In this document: positions 1-13,618 of the stretch, one piece after another
How positions within the stretch are numbered: the first letter of the stretch is position 1
Layout of the letters: every line of letters begins with the position of its first letter
Source: the human T2T-CHM13v2.0 reference genome, Homo sapiens
DNA length: 64,000 nucleotides
Assembly (NCBI RefSeq): GCF_009914755.1
Contig: NC_060926.1
Direction: 5' to 3' (one strand)
Translations under genes and position numbers: made by a program
Notes under the pieces: generated by a model
What the model was told of the DNA's origin: nothing
Databases searched by the model: none
Seen by the model: the letters and a program-made list of their open reading frames with translations, nothing else

Positions 1-505
1 ATAGTGCCTACTTAGTGGAATTACTTGAGAAATGAGATAATGCATCAACAAATCACAAATCTAACTTTGTACCTTCTGAACAAATTACACACACATTGTT
101 CTTTTGTCTTGGCTCTTGCCACCAAGTCCTCTTCCTTTCCCTCAGCACTTTAAAGATGAGATGAAAGGAATAGAGAGGAAATTAGTATAAATTACAATTA
201 AGTTCAACACACTCAAGATACTAAGATACTAAGAGTACACCAGAGAACATAACTCACTTTCAAACTTACAATGCAAATAGCTTTTAAAAATACACAAAGT
301 ACAGGCATTGAAAGCATGAATAAAATTTAGGTCTGGCATAAAAAATTTTACACAGCATTCTGAATACATTAACACCTATACTTTGAAGGAATCAAACACT
401 AAATTTTATATACGTGTGTGTGTGTGCACACACGTGCCAAAGGCCAGGAAGACAGCTATGAAGTGGGATAGAATGTTCCACATCGGTAGAAAAAACGTAT
501 TTAGG

Positions 506-511
<6 letters not shown>

Positions 512-560
<49 letters not shown>
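512..560. repeat. (CA)~24 microsatellite
   Basis: Pure AC dinucleotide run. Confidence 0.97.
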
Positions 561-562
<2 letters not shown>

Positions 563-1769
563 CACAGTGAGTGAGGTGATTAAAGGAGATGAAAATGGCG
601 GTATACACAATGCTACTCTCACTCTCCTACTCACACATAATAAGATACCAATATTTGGTTTTGATGTGCCCATTCTAGTAGTAAAAGTAGACACTTCTGT
701 GAACATATACACAAAGAGGTGCAGATGCTTCAATAACAAGTTTATTTGCTTCTTGGAAAAGGAAACCGTATTTCTCATAATTATTTGTAATTACAACAGA
801 CTTACTAGTAGTTGAGTCTCTACTAAAATAATTTAAAGTCAATCTTAACAGTTTTCCAAAAACACCTTCAAATTTGCCAGGAAACAAGGAGCCTAGAAAA
901 ATGACTGATACAAAGACTAAATAAAAACAATGAATTGAAGGAACAGTTACTGATAGTTTTCATATGTAAATTCTGGCATTCCATCTTATTTTTAATTAAT
1001 TCCATTAAACTGGTGTTTCATAGGTCAGAGGATTTTATGACTATACACCAAAAATGTTATTTAAAATTCAGTTATAGGGAACCGCCCACAAATATTTTCT
1101 AACACTTTTTTCTTTTGTCCAATTCAAATTGTTTTTGCTTCACTTTTTTCTCCTTTAAGTCCAATTTCATTCTTTTTATTCACTTCCACTTCCTGTCTTT
1201 GCCCTTCAACAAGGAGTACTCCATTATAAAGTCTATTCCATTCTTTCTGGAATCTACATAGCACCAAACTAATCTGCACATACACTGAGGATGAGAAAGG
1301 AAAAAAAAAATCCCAGGTGATAGGGGATATCCTTACATACACACACAGTCTCACTGTCCTCTACCTCTCGACAAAAAACAAAACAAAACAAAACAAACAC
1401 AACCATAAATAGAATGGCCAAGGCTTATTTATGGAAAGGAAAAAGGGTAGCACAGGATAACATGAAAATACTGCCAAAGAAGCCTTCATCTCCTCTGGCC
1501 TAATTTAAATAGGGTTACTCAAGTTCATGGATTGGTAATGGATGATGTTGCAAGATAAGATAAATCAAAGAGTCATCACTAAAATATTATTTTATTCTAA
1601 GGACAGTCTGCGTCGTATGTTTTGACCTAAAAGATATGACTCACAGGGAGCCCAGGATTCCTTTTCCTTTCTTCCCTGAAATGTGAGCAAAAGCAAAAAG
1701 GGGTGAAGGTGCCATATACCAAGAGTCCAATGCCACCTGAATGATGATTTCATTGTGCTATTCATCAGA

Positions 1770-1915
1770 TATGTAACTTGGGGAAGTCACCTAACTTCTG
1801 AGCCTCAGTTTCCTCATCTATTAAATGGGGATAACTATACCTAACCAAATTAACTTCCTCACATGGTTACCATTAGGATCAAATGAGATAAGAGATCTGC
1901 AAGTACTTTGAAATC
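1770..1915 (+). mobile_element. MIR SINE
   Basis: MIR core: aagtcacctaacttctgagcctcagtttcctcatctattaaatggggata. Confidence 0.8.
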
Positions 1916-2689
1916 ACCAAGTTCTGCTGATTCGACCGCCTATCTCTCAATTCTATTCACTTTTTTCAACCCCCACTGTCACTATCCTAATTCTGATCAC
2001 CAACATTTTCATCCTAGCCTACATCTCCGGTTTACAAATATCAGACCACATGCCAGTGCCCATTCATGAAGAAAATGAAAACAACCAAAACAACAACAAA
2101 AAACCCCACAGTGCAATGCCGTAAATTCTGCATAAAGCTAAGGTATTCTATTTAAATATCTAATATTAATTTGAGATTCCTAAAGGGGGATGTATATATG
2201 TGGTTATGTATGTGAAAATGTCCTTTAATTTATGAAATGATTCTGACATGTAATATGCTTTTTAATGTACTTATTTAACAAAATTAAAGGGTTGATAACT
2301 GTATTATGTTGATCTTCAAAATAAAAAAAAAATTTTGCTGGTTCACAAAACAGAAAAGTCTAGGTACCACTTGTCTTGTCTACATTATTCTAACAAACAA
2401 AATTATTCAAACAAACAGATCTCTCAGTCTTGAGCACAACTTTCCAATCCAGCCACATCAGCCAAAATGATCATACTAAAGCAAATCCTGTTATACCTGT
2501 GTTTAAGATACTTTCTTTGCTCCCATGTCCTTGAGTTAGCTGACAAGGTCCCCAGCTCACTTCAGGCTGCCCTCTCTGTACCCTGTGCATTTTCATCCTG
2601 ACTTTTGCACGGGAGCAGTCACCCTCACCTCCACTCCTCTTTCCCAAATAAATATTGCACATCCTTCCTCTCACCCATTATCTTTCTTG

Positions 2690-3045
2690 CTCTAGGATGT
2701 CTTCCTTGACTCCCCCAATCCCAGATTATATGCATTTCCCATGTGCTTTTATAAGTGTTTACATCCCTTGTTGTAGACCTTCTTTCATACATTTGATTAA
2801 TACTTACTGAGCTTCTGCTATGTCAGGCACTGCTCTAGGTGTTGAAGATAAAACACTGAATGAGGCAAATACCCACCCTCCAAAGAGCTGATATTCTAGT
2901 AAGAGAAAACAGACTAGAAACTAAAAGTCAAAATAATAATAAGGAAGTAAAATATCCAGTGATTACTCATCCCTGTATCTCATGAACCTAGTACAATGCC
3001 TGGGTCCTGGCTGGTTCTCAAAAAATATTTGTTGAATGAATAAAT
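2690..3045. mobile_element. L2 LINE 3' fragments (both orientations)
   Basis: Typical L2 3' ends: ttactgagcttctgctatgtcaggcactgctctagg and aatatttgttgaatgaataaat. Confidence 0.65.
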
Positions 3046-3614
3046 ACACACATGTTAAACAGTGCTGTGTGAATGTGAGGGACTGACTACTGTGTACATA
3101 GGTCCATACTGGCTATTAAAATCTCTCAGAGTCTGGCCCAAGCTTCCAGAAGCCAAAGCATGCTGTGTCAGTTAGGGCATTCACTACTGTAGACTTGTTT
3201 TTTAAAAAACTGAGTTTGCCTACTTTTTAAAAACAAAAACAAAAAAACAAGTTTGCAAAAGTAGAAATTTTATCAGTAGTTTTCAGACCAAATGAGTTCA
3301 GCACGGAAGTCTCAAAAGCCACATCTTGGCAAAATATGCATCTTCCTCAAACTCAAAACACATAAAATTAAAAGAAAGCCAGTTCCTTATATAGTTCAGA
3401 CACAAGGATGTTGGCTTCATGCTGTATCTAGAAGGTTGATACTGGAAAAGTCAGTAACTACCCTGAACAAGGACCTTGTCAGATCACTGTCAAGGCATAA
3501 TCCCACCTGAGTTATCATCTGCTGAAGTGAATTAAAGTCAAGAAAGTAAACATTTAATGAATACTTACTTGCCTTTGCTCCCAAAAGGATCTTAGAAACA
3601 AGCTTTCTCTTAAT

Positions 3615-3642
<28 letters not shown>
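3615..3642. repeat. A28 homopolymer
   Basis: Pure poly(A) run with no recognisable Alu body upstream. Confidence 0.9.
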
Positions 3643-3646
<4 letters not shown>

Positions 3647-6600
3647 GCCAGAAAGCTGAAATGAGATCTGAGGAACACTTCCACATGGGTCAGCCAGTCA
3701 GCATAAGAAAGAGTTGGCAGTACCCAGGTGAAACTGCTCCAGACTGTGACTGTAACACTATTCTGTCCATGCAAAGATTTGGAAAATACATTTTCTGGAC
3801 AGAACTGGGCCTAACATCTCCACTACCAAGTTGAAAAGCCAAAAAATAAACCTGGTACAAAGGTACTCAGTGGTTCTGAAAATAGCTCGCTGTCTTTAGA
3901 GACTGCAAAGACATCAAGCCCTGGGCCTGAGACATGCACCAATCAATCAAACAACTGACAGATATATATTAAACATTATGTTAAGTGCTCTGGAGGACAC
4001 TCGTACATAAAAGATACAATTCTAAGCCTCAAGGAACTTTATCAAGTTTACAAAACAAGACAGAAATGAATGGGAAAACAAAAACACAAAAACCAACCAC
4101 AAATGAAGGGTTGGCGTGGTAAGAGCCATAGACGTGGTATAACATTGCTCTGGAGGCCAAACTGGTGGGGGAGAGCCCACAGAGGAATGCTCCAGGAAAG
4201 CCAGTTTCACAAGAGGTGGGATTAACCAGGATGTTGACAGATTTGGAAAAGCAGAGGTCCTAAAGTATTCTAGGTGAAGCTTGGCATTGCAGAACAGTTA
4301 GGATTCACCTGTCCCAGGAGTGTGGGGAGGCTGTAGGAGGAGGAGAAAAGTCAGTGGAGAAGGGGATGGCACAAGGACACTGTTGAGGCAGAGGTGTATA
4401 AGGTTTGCTGGGGACAACAGCCAAGGCTAGAGCAAAAACCTCTCGTAGAAAGTAGGCTGGACTGTGGAAGGCCTCAAATGCCAAGCTAATGAATTTGAAC
4501 CTTATTTCTCAAACACTGGAAAGCTACTTGAAGTTTTGGCATAGGAGTAACATAATGAACTGTGTCTGGGTCTGTGCTGAAAAGTTTCACCTAAGTCTAC
4601 ACTGCCCACACAAAATATTAAAGAGAGAATTTTTAAACAATGTGCCAAAAGTTTAAAAACCAACACATTTTCATAGATATCTAAATTAAAATCCCTGTGA
4701 CTAAGTTTTAGATCATTCAGTAAATCACATACACTTGAGTAAGTGCAGGAACCATTGAAAGGTCCATTTTAAGTACTAAAAAATGATTTTTGAAAGGTAA
4801 ACCCAGTCCTAACTACATCCACTCCCTGACTTTGCCCTCCCCCAAACCTGACTAGGGTCTTTATTTTGCTTTAAGCATTACAGATTTCCTTATGTACCTG
4901 GAAGGAAGAGCTGTTAGTCATCAATCTGGATGGTCTGGGTTAATAGAGTCTTTGTTCAGAAAATTTAATTATAGGTTTGAGCCCTGGATGAATGCAAAAT
5001 GAAAATACTGGAGGGGACTCAGCTAATCTGCTAACTCAGCAGTCCCATGGACCTTCAGAGTTGTCCCTTGTGCATCGTTTGGAGAGGCAGTTTCTCCCCT
5101 AGTATCTGTGGCATGGCCGATCCAAGTTTACTCCTCCTTGCTTCTCTGGCCTGATCTCTGGCTACCCTGCACTACTGCTTTCAGCAAAGGTTCTGCAATC
5201 AAAGGCCTGAAAATGTTCAAATGTAATTTTGGCAGTTTCACATCCCTTAGAGGTTTCTGCCTTCACACAGGCAACACAACGGTGTTAGTTTGCACTGGCT
5301 CCAGGCAATACCACAGCTTTACCACCTCTGACCCCCAAAAGGTGCCCAGAGGGAACAGAGTTTAAACCCAAGCTTTAATCTACCTTAACATTTACCAAAT
5401 AATTTTACTCTGGCAAGTGAGTATCTGAGGAAGGCTGCTGAATCAAGGGGATTTCGGGCTGCATTTTATACTTTGTTGATTACTATAGAGATGCCAGAAT
5501 TTTAAAACCATAAATAAGGAACCAAATAACATTTTAAGATACTAGATTTTGAAAATGTTAGAGCAACAAAGGAGAAAACTCTGGTTAATAAAACACCTGC
5601 TTTCCAAACCATGGGTAACGTTCAGGCATCTTTCCACAGAAACTCTAAGATTCCTGCCAGTGTCACAAAAGGGGAAGGCGCTGACCAAAAAATGTCCATG
5701 AAAGCCATTTGAAAAGTATAAAGAGAATTTCCTGAAATAGTAAGGTGAACTTCTAGTGCCTGAAAATCTCTAAATCAGGCTCTCCTAAAGGACTGTAAAG
5801 TCAAGGTAAACATTTCTAGTTTAAAAAAACAGGGGAGGCTACCTTTTGGTTTGATGTTTCAATTTCAAACTAAAATAGAAGGTAACAACCTCTAATATGT
5901 TCAAACATTCAGATTCCTAGAGAAAAGTGATATTTAAATGTAATATATGGAAATGATTAGGGCAACATTTAATTGAAAAGTGAAATAAACTAAACTCAGA
6001 ATAGGCCATTTTGGAAGGAAGACCAAAGAATTTTGGTTTCTCTTCATTTCTATCATTCTCTTATACACTGTGCCCTATGGTTGCCATTTGCGGGGATACA
6101 AAGATGAATTTGGCTTTCCGTTCTCCCTCAGTGTTGAGGGAGAACTCCAAATCAAAATCACAAAACAAAAAGCCATCTTTTTTGGAAAATTGTCTTAAAT
6201 ACTAAAAGGCATTTCCAGTTCAAAATATAAAGGTAAACACTCTCACAGAGACTCAATTATTTGGGCAGAGACATGTGGTTAACATTTCCTAGGGAAGAAG
6301 CAAATGAGAAAAGGTCAAAGGCAAAAGTCAACTGAGAAGAGCTGCAACATCTCAGCAATTTACAAATTTAAAGGACAGCAACAGTTTGAGGGTGAGGGAT
6401 ACACATACCACTTCCATTCATTATAAGCTGAGGTTTAAGGGAAAATCTCTTGCTTCTCTGGGGTGAACACCACAACATCTGTTCTTTGGTCATAACAGCA
6501 ACTAAGTTGATTTAAGAAAATATTCTCTCTCTCTTTTTTAGAGCTGTTCATTCATAATTACTTGATTTCTCTTGAGACTTGGTTCCCTTAAGATGTGTTT

Positions 6601-9039
6601 ATTCTGCACATCTGCTCTCCCCATACCTGATTACACAAAGGTATCAGAAAGAGCAAACCAACAGGTATAAAGAGACCAGCCCTCAAAACAGATCAAAGCA
6701 AACAGCCCGTGGAGTCCTTTGGAAATCTTGGCTGGCAGCTCTTGTAAATAAAAGTGCTTCTAAAGCAGAAAGCATTCAACTACCGTATTTATATAGGGCG
6801 TGATTGACAGGTCAGTTATTAACTTCATAAAAACACAGGCAATGTTAACTAGCAAGAATGTTTGTTCTAGCTGTTCTATCTGAAGGAAAATGAAATCCAA
6901 GATAGAATGGCTTGCTCTCTGTTTCTTTTAAGTATTTATTTTAGAATCGTGCAGTATAAAAGAATGTTTTTTCAAGTCAGTGAACTTAAGCTATTTTGCT
7001 TACTGTTCTGGAATTTAAGTATGTTGTTATAATTCTTTAGAAAACAAATGTTACATTTACTAAAGGCAAATTCCAATGGTGCCAATGGTGCACCACGATC
7101 TTTTCAAGCCCTCAAAAAATTTTTATTCTTTTGAATTACTAAAAGTAAAGAAATTTTACATTAATTAATCTTTCTTCCAATAACTAAAGTATATGAAATC
7201 AGGGAAGGAAAGAGCAGGATGGTTTCCTCTCAGTGCTCCAGACACAGGCATGTGCTCCTTGAATTGCTTATAGTAGCAAGTTTAAAATTTGCCGGAAGAA
7301 GCTAAGAATAAACTGATCTCTATTTTATTAGTTATTTTGAGAGCTTTATTACTAATACATTCTACTATGTAAGATCATTTACAACAATATTATAAGGTAG
7401 TATATTTTATTTATAGTTATCTCACAAAATCTCAGTTGTATATTGATATATGGTCAGAAAATTCTGTAGAAGAAATAAATCCACTTTTGTATGCAACAGT
7501 TTTCATCCGTGAGGCTTAATATGGTTAGCACCTACTCCCATCCCAGTGGGTAAAACCAAAAATGTCAGCCTATGTTTCTCCAACTTGAAGAGCAACTTCT
7601 ATAATAGTAGCTTTGAGCAACTATATAACAAAGGAATCTAAAACTTTTGCTTCTATCCATTAATACTCTTACTCATCTATAAAACAAGTAACTTAAAAAA
7701 AAAAGTAACAAAAAAGAAGTAGAAGGAAAAACAAGTTTTACTTTTTTGAATCAATCAATGAATACTTTCAAGATTGGAATTGTATAATGTTGGCATTCCT
7801 AGCCAAATAAATGCTTATGAAGTGGACTGGTATTTATGTGCATCTTTGTTTATGTGTGTTTAGTATCCTTGGGCCTGGGTTTTTTTCCATGTAAACTAAT
7901 AAGTTTTGTTAAATGCCTCTTGAATTAAGTTAAGAAGGCTATTTGTTAGCAAAATGTATCACTCTCGGCAAAGGCTGTCATCACATGAGCTACATAACAA
8001 GCACAAGAACAAACCAAAATTCCCCAGAAAAATCTTGCTCATCAGTACATTTAATGTACCACAATCCCGCTTCCTCCGGCATTCCTACAAACAACAGTCT
8101 TTCAGAACACAGAATTCTTATGAAATAAATACTCAGCCTCAGAACACGCCCTGGCCTCCTCCACTATCCACTCCTCCTGCTTCCCCCGCAGGACTGTATT
8201 TTCAAACTAGAATATTTGTTTTGACAGACTTCTGCTTGCTTAATTCTCTAGCAAAAGATTTCTTGAGCACCCCTAGCCAGTAACGAACATTTTGCCAGAA
8301 ATATGCAACTGTTGGCATGACAAGAACAGGGGGAAAAAACCCTGCCGGCAAAGACCCAGAATTGAAGATAAAAGCTGGTATATTTGGATGAAAAGAATCT
8401 TTTCCCTTAACATATTATAATTTCCTCTTGTTTTCCCTGCTTCTCACTATCATGAGGAAAACCTTGATTTGGCAGTTTCACATACCTTCTCTACACTATG
8501 TAAAGCAATAGGAACTATTCTCTAAATCTTGGTTTCTAATTAAAGAACTATTTATCCAAATGAAAATGGAGGTTAGCTAATCCTACTCAAAGAGTAAATC
8601 TCCAAAACAATTTCTTAATAATAGTTTATCAGGAAAATTAAAATCCATTGAACTTGTTTAATCCAGTGGAATACTTCCCTTTCATTATTTCTCCAGTTAC
8701 ATTTAAGGACTTAACACTCCAAAACTTAACGATGCAAGATGGCTCCACCTTCTCTGACTGAGTTCAGAAGGGCTGGGTAGAGTCTCACACAGCTCTCCTT
8801 AGAGAGCTCAGAGCGTGGGTTAAGTGCCTCCTTCTACAACTACCCAGATTCTTGGGAGGAAGAGCCCACAAAGTAGATTTTCTGCATGGGTGGATTCAGA
8901 CACTTTCCAGAAAAACACAACACAACAAAATACTCACAGATCTTGAAAAGAGCAAGCCTGTCCCAAAGAATATCAGATTACTAAAATACTCAATGTCTGC
9001 TGAGGGATCCTCATCCTTCATACCTCACTTAAATACTGA

Positions 9040-10016
9040 TGCTTCCCTGAGTCTACCCTAGCCCCTCTGGGTGATCTCATTCACTTTCCTGGCATAAAAT
9101 ACCACCTACGGATGACTCCTTCATCTGACCTAGACCTCACTCCTATGCTCCAGACCCTACATATCTAACTGCCAAATAGATGTCATTTTGGATCTGCCAT
9201 TGGATGTCCCCCAGGCATCTCAAAACACAGGGGCAAAACTGAACTTGGTATCTTCCCCCACCAGTCTGTTCCTCCTCCTAAATCCTCGCTGCTGTAAATG
9301 GCACCATGAGCCCCAGAATCTGTCCAAGCCACAAATCTGCTGCCATGCCACTATGTTTCCTCTTCCCTGGCCCCCTTGTTTTTCATCAAGTCCTATCAAA
9401 TCTACTGTCTTAATATCTCTAATCAGTATCTGTCTCTCCATCCTCCTTGTCTGCCTCATTTCCAACCTGAACTCATGCTCCTCTCTTCTCACCACTTGGT
9501 CCATCCAGAATTTCCCAAAGTGTGTCCTATAAAACACAGCTCTTCAATGGATATTCTATTAAAAGGATTCCATGATTCAATATTTTAAATGAGTAGTCAA
9601 TGCTACGACTGGAGAATCATAATGCATAGCAGCATATTAATGTCTTCAAGAAATTCTGAATTGAAAAAACATGTTCACACCAACCTTTCACTACCATCAT
9701 CTGTCCTCCTGGCTCCCTTTGCCCCTACAGTTTTCTTCACTTGGTTAACTTCTACTCATCCTTCAAGCTCAGGCCCTGACTCTTACAGGAAGTTTTGCCT
9801 AACAGTCCCTACTCATCCCTACTCTGTGTGTCCATACCTCCTTGCATACCTCTATATGAGAATATTCACGCTGCTAGCACACAGTTTGGGGTATGTCTAC
9901 TCTACTTGATTCTGAGATCTTTGTGGGCAAAGACTTTGACTTATTTACCTCCTAATGCCCAGCATATTACCTGGCACATAGCAGCAGGTCAATATACCCT
10001 ACTGAGTAAATGAATG
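9040..10016 (+). mobile_element. L2 LINE 3' region
   Basis: Degenerate L2 ORF2/3' sequence ending cctggcacatagcagcaggtcaata...gagtaaatgaatg. Confidence 0.7.
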
Positions 10017-10275
10017 CTTACAAGAGCTAATTGTATTGTGCATTTACTCTGTGCCAAGTACTCTCCTAATCTGCAGGCACGTATGAACTCACTCAATTGC
10101 ACAAAAACCCTAAGAGATATTTTCCCCATTCAAGACATGAGGCAACTGAGGCAGAAAGCATAAATATGTTTCATTATTCCTCCAATATGACCTTATTTTC
10201 TTATCTTCAGCAGGATAAATGTGAGTAATTTTATTCTACTTCTAAAGAAAGAGGATGTGATTAAACACCACGGGG

Positions 10276-10618
<343 letters not shown>

Positions 10619-11934
10619 TTAAGAAATACTGTATATTATTTAACAAGAAAAAAAACCTTTCATGTAGTGCAAATTTGAACACTAGCTCTGCTTCACGCTA
10701 GATATGAAATGATGTAGCAAATAAATAACCCAAATTCCAAGTGTGCCATTTAGAAAAGGGACAATAATACTTACTGAGTATCACTACCAGGAATACAGGA
10801 CATAGTATGTAAAAGCCCTTTGTAGCACTTAAGGTTGGTATACTGATGCTACTACCATCATGAACAATACAATGGAATAATGTTTACCTACCCACACAGC
10901 AAATATTTAGGACTGATTACTCTGTATTTCTATTTTTATTTCCCTGTGGGTAAACTGGTCCAAATAATTGGAAAAGTTTTCACATCTGCAGAGACTTCTC
11001 CTGAAAGTTGAGAAAATTTCTACTAAATTGAACCAATCAAACTACATCTGTTTTGAGGCTCACAGTATAAACTGGTAAATAAGAAAAATAATTGACTATT
11101 AATTTTAAAAAGCTTGACAACAGTCTTAAAAATTTCAACAAAATTATGACTACCACAACTGACTAAACGATCTACACTGTAGAGACTGTCTACACTCTTC
11201 TGTCACTAATGGAATCTTATATAATATAGCCAGTGCTCTCAGCCCTACAAACTATGAACAGCTCAGTAGATAAATCTCAATAAGCCTCCACATCAAACAG
11301 ACTGGAAGAAATCAAAAGACCGCTGAGCTAAGCCAGACCAGGCTGATATTTTGGTTTATTGGTTAACTGTTATGCTTGGAAAGGTCTAAAGCTTAATTGC
11401 AAGGCTTGAGGTGTAAGTAAAAAATGCCTGACTTAAGTAAAAATACTGATCATAGCATCTGTCACTAGTTAAAATATGTGGAGATCTTTATCCAGGATAT
11501 TTTTTGTTGTTTATATTTTAAATAAATGAAAATAGCCAGTCACACGGTGACTAAACATGAATCATTGTTTCAGCTTTTTGAGAATGCTTGGTGTAAATTA
11601 GGGAGTAACGCTGTTGTTAATCCAAGTCATGTGAAAGTTAAAAAGGGGAAAAATCTGGTTTAGTTTATGACTTCTTGTGGTATTAACCATAGGTTTTTGC
11701 ACAAATATTAATGAATACAACGCTTTGAAACACTATATGGAAAAGTGAAATCCGGTGGTGTTATTTGGATCTTTTTACCATTTTCTACTAAATAACTAAC
11801 TCCATTTGGCTGAATAAGCAACAAAATTAAATATTTTTTAAAGGCCCTAAGAGAAAGTTCTCCAATAAAGGGTCAGTAAAGCTTTTAGTAAAAGACTGAA
11901 AATGAGGTCCTCCTCACTGCATTGCCCTCATTTT

Positions 11935-11992
11935 CACTGCTACCAAAGCTACCCAATTATACTCACTGCTACCAAAGCTACTCAATTATACT
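11935..11992. repeat. 29-bp tandem duplication
   Basis: cactgctaccaaagctac(c/t)caattatact x2 with one mismatch. Confidence 0.92.
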
Positions 11993-12184
11993 CAATCAGC
12001 ATTTACACAGCGCTTTAGGATGGGCAAAAAATTTAAAATACAATCCCCCACCAACTTAAGAATTTGGTATCTGAGGGCATATAACAATTCACAAGAAACA
12101 ATACCACCGCAAGAAAGAGATGGCATACAGAATCTGGGGCACATCAGGAAGGGTCCTAAGGAAAGGAAGACCAAGTGCTGGGAT

Positions 12185-12800
12185 GACCATTACCACATTT
12201 ATTCCTCACAACTCTAGAAGCAGATACTATTACCATCCCCATTTTATGATTGACCCTGAGATGAAGAAACTGAGGCCCGGGGGACTAAAATAAATTGCTC
12301 AAAGTCAGAGCCAAAAGTTAAGTCTAGGTCTCCCTATCTCAAGATGCATTTTTAAAGCAACATCATTGCCTACCTACTATATTAGGCAGATCCTAAATAA
12401 GGCACTGGGATACAAGGGAGTATGAGCCCCGGACCCTGTCCTCAAGCAAGTCGGTCAGGTCAGGGAAAATTTCCAAGAGGAAAAAAGCTTTGGGTTGAAC
12501 CCAAAGGATGGGGGAAATCAGCATACTGTAAGCAAAAGAGGAGGGACAGGCACTGTAGGAGTAGAAAAAGCATGAACAAAAGCATAAAAAGGAAAAGCCC
12601 GACAAGTTCAAGGGAACAATAGGGAGATTGGCTTGATTAGAGTGTGTTTATTTGTTGGGGTGGGAGAAGTTAGCCAGCAGGGGCTTAATAAATATTTGTG
12701 GGTTTGAATAACAGCAGATAAGGTGAAAAGGGCAGGTCCAACTTACAGAGGGCCTTGAAAGCTAAGCCGAAGAAAATACAATTAACCAAAAAATAATGTG
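12185..12800 (-). mobile_element. MIR followed by L2 fragment
   Basis: MIR motif ccatccccattttatgat...gaaactgaggccc, then L2-like purine-rich sequence. Confidence 0.6.
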
Positions 12801-13307
12801 GACAAACCTGAAATCTCACTAGTAATAAAAACAATGCAAACTGAAAAAAACACGGAAATTTCCCCCTCACATTCCCTTAAATGAACATTAAAAAAAATTA
12901 TTATTCTCACTACTAGGAAGACTATACATAACTGGTAAATTTGTAAACTGATATAATCTTATTTTTTAAAAGGCTTGGTTATTAGTTTCATTGAATGTTT
13001 ATATTCTTTAACCCAGCATTTTCGCTGCTGATCATTTATCCCCTCAAAAAATCCAAAAAAACATGCCTCTCTCTGCATAAGAGAATATTCCCTGCATCAC
13101 TTTTTATTATGTGGAAAATCAGATGGAATGTAATGCTCAATGATAAGTAGGTGGTTAAAACAAAAAAAGTTTCTTAGAAAGTGTTTTAAAAACGAAAAGG
13201 ACCAATTAGATGGGTATGACTTTAGACTGTAGGCAACAGAAAGCTAATAAAAATTCCTGAGTAGGAAGGTGACATGGGAAAAAATGTTTTTCAAGAAATC
13301 CGACAAG

Positions 13308-13618
13308 GGCCGGGTGTGGCTCATGCCTGCAATCTTAGCACTATGGAAGGCTGAGGCAGGCAGATCACTTGAGCTCAGGAGTTTGAGGCCAGCATGGGCA
13401 ACATGACAAAACCCCATCTCTAAAAATAACACAAAAATTAGCCAGGTGGGGTGGCACACCTGTAGCCCCAACTACTTGGGGGCTGAGGCAAGAGAATTGC
13501 TTGAACCCAGGAGGTCGAGGCAGCAGTGGGCTGAGATCGCCCCACTGCACTTCACTCTGGGTGACACGGTGAGACCTTGTCTCAAAAAAAAAAAAAAAAA
13601 AAGAAAGAAGGAAAAGAA
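13308..13618 (+). mobile_element. AluJ inside an old L1M 3' fragment
   Basis: Dimeric Alu with J-type features; TSD aagaaatc(c/t)gacaa (13293-13306 / 13619-13632). Confidence 0.92.
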
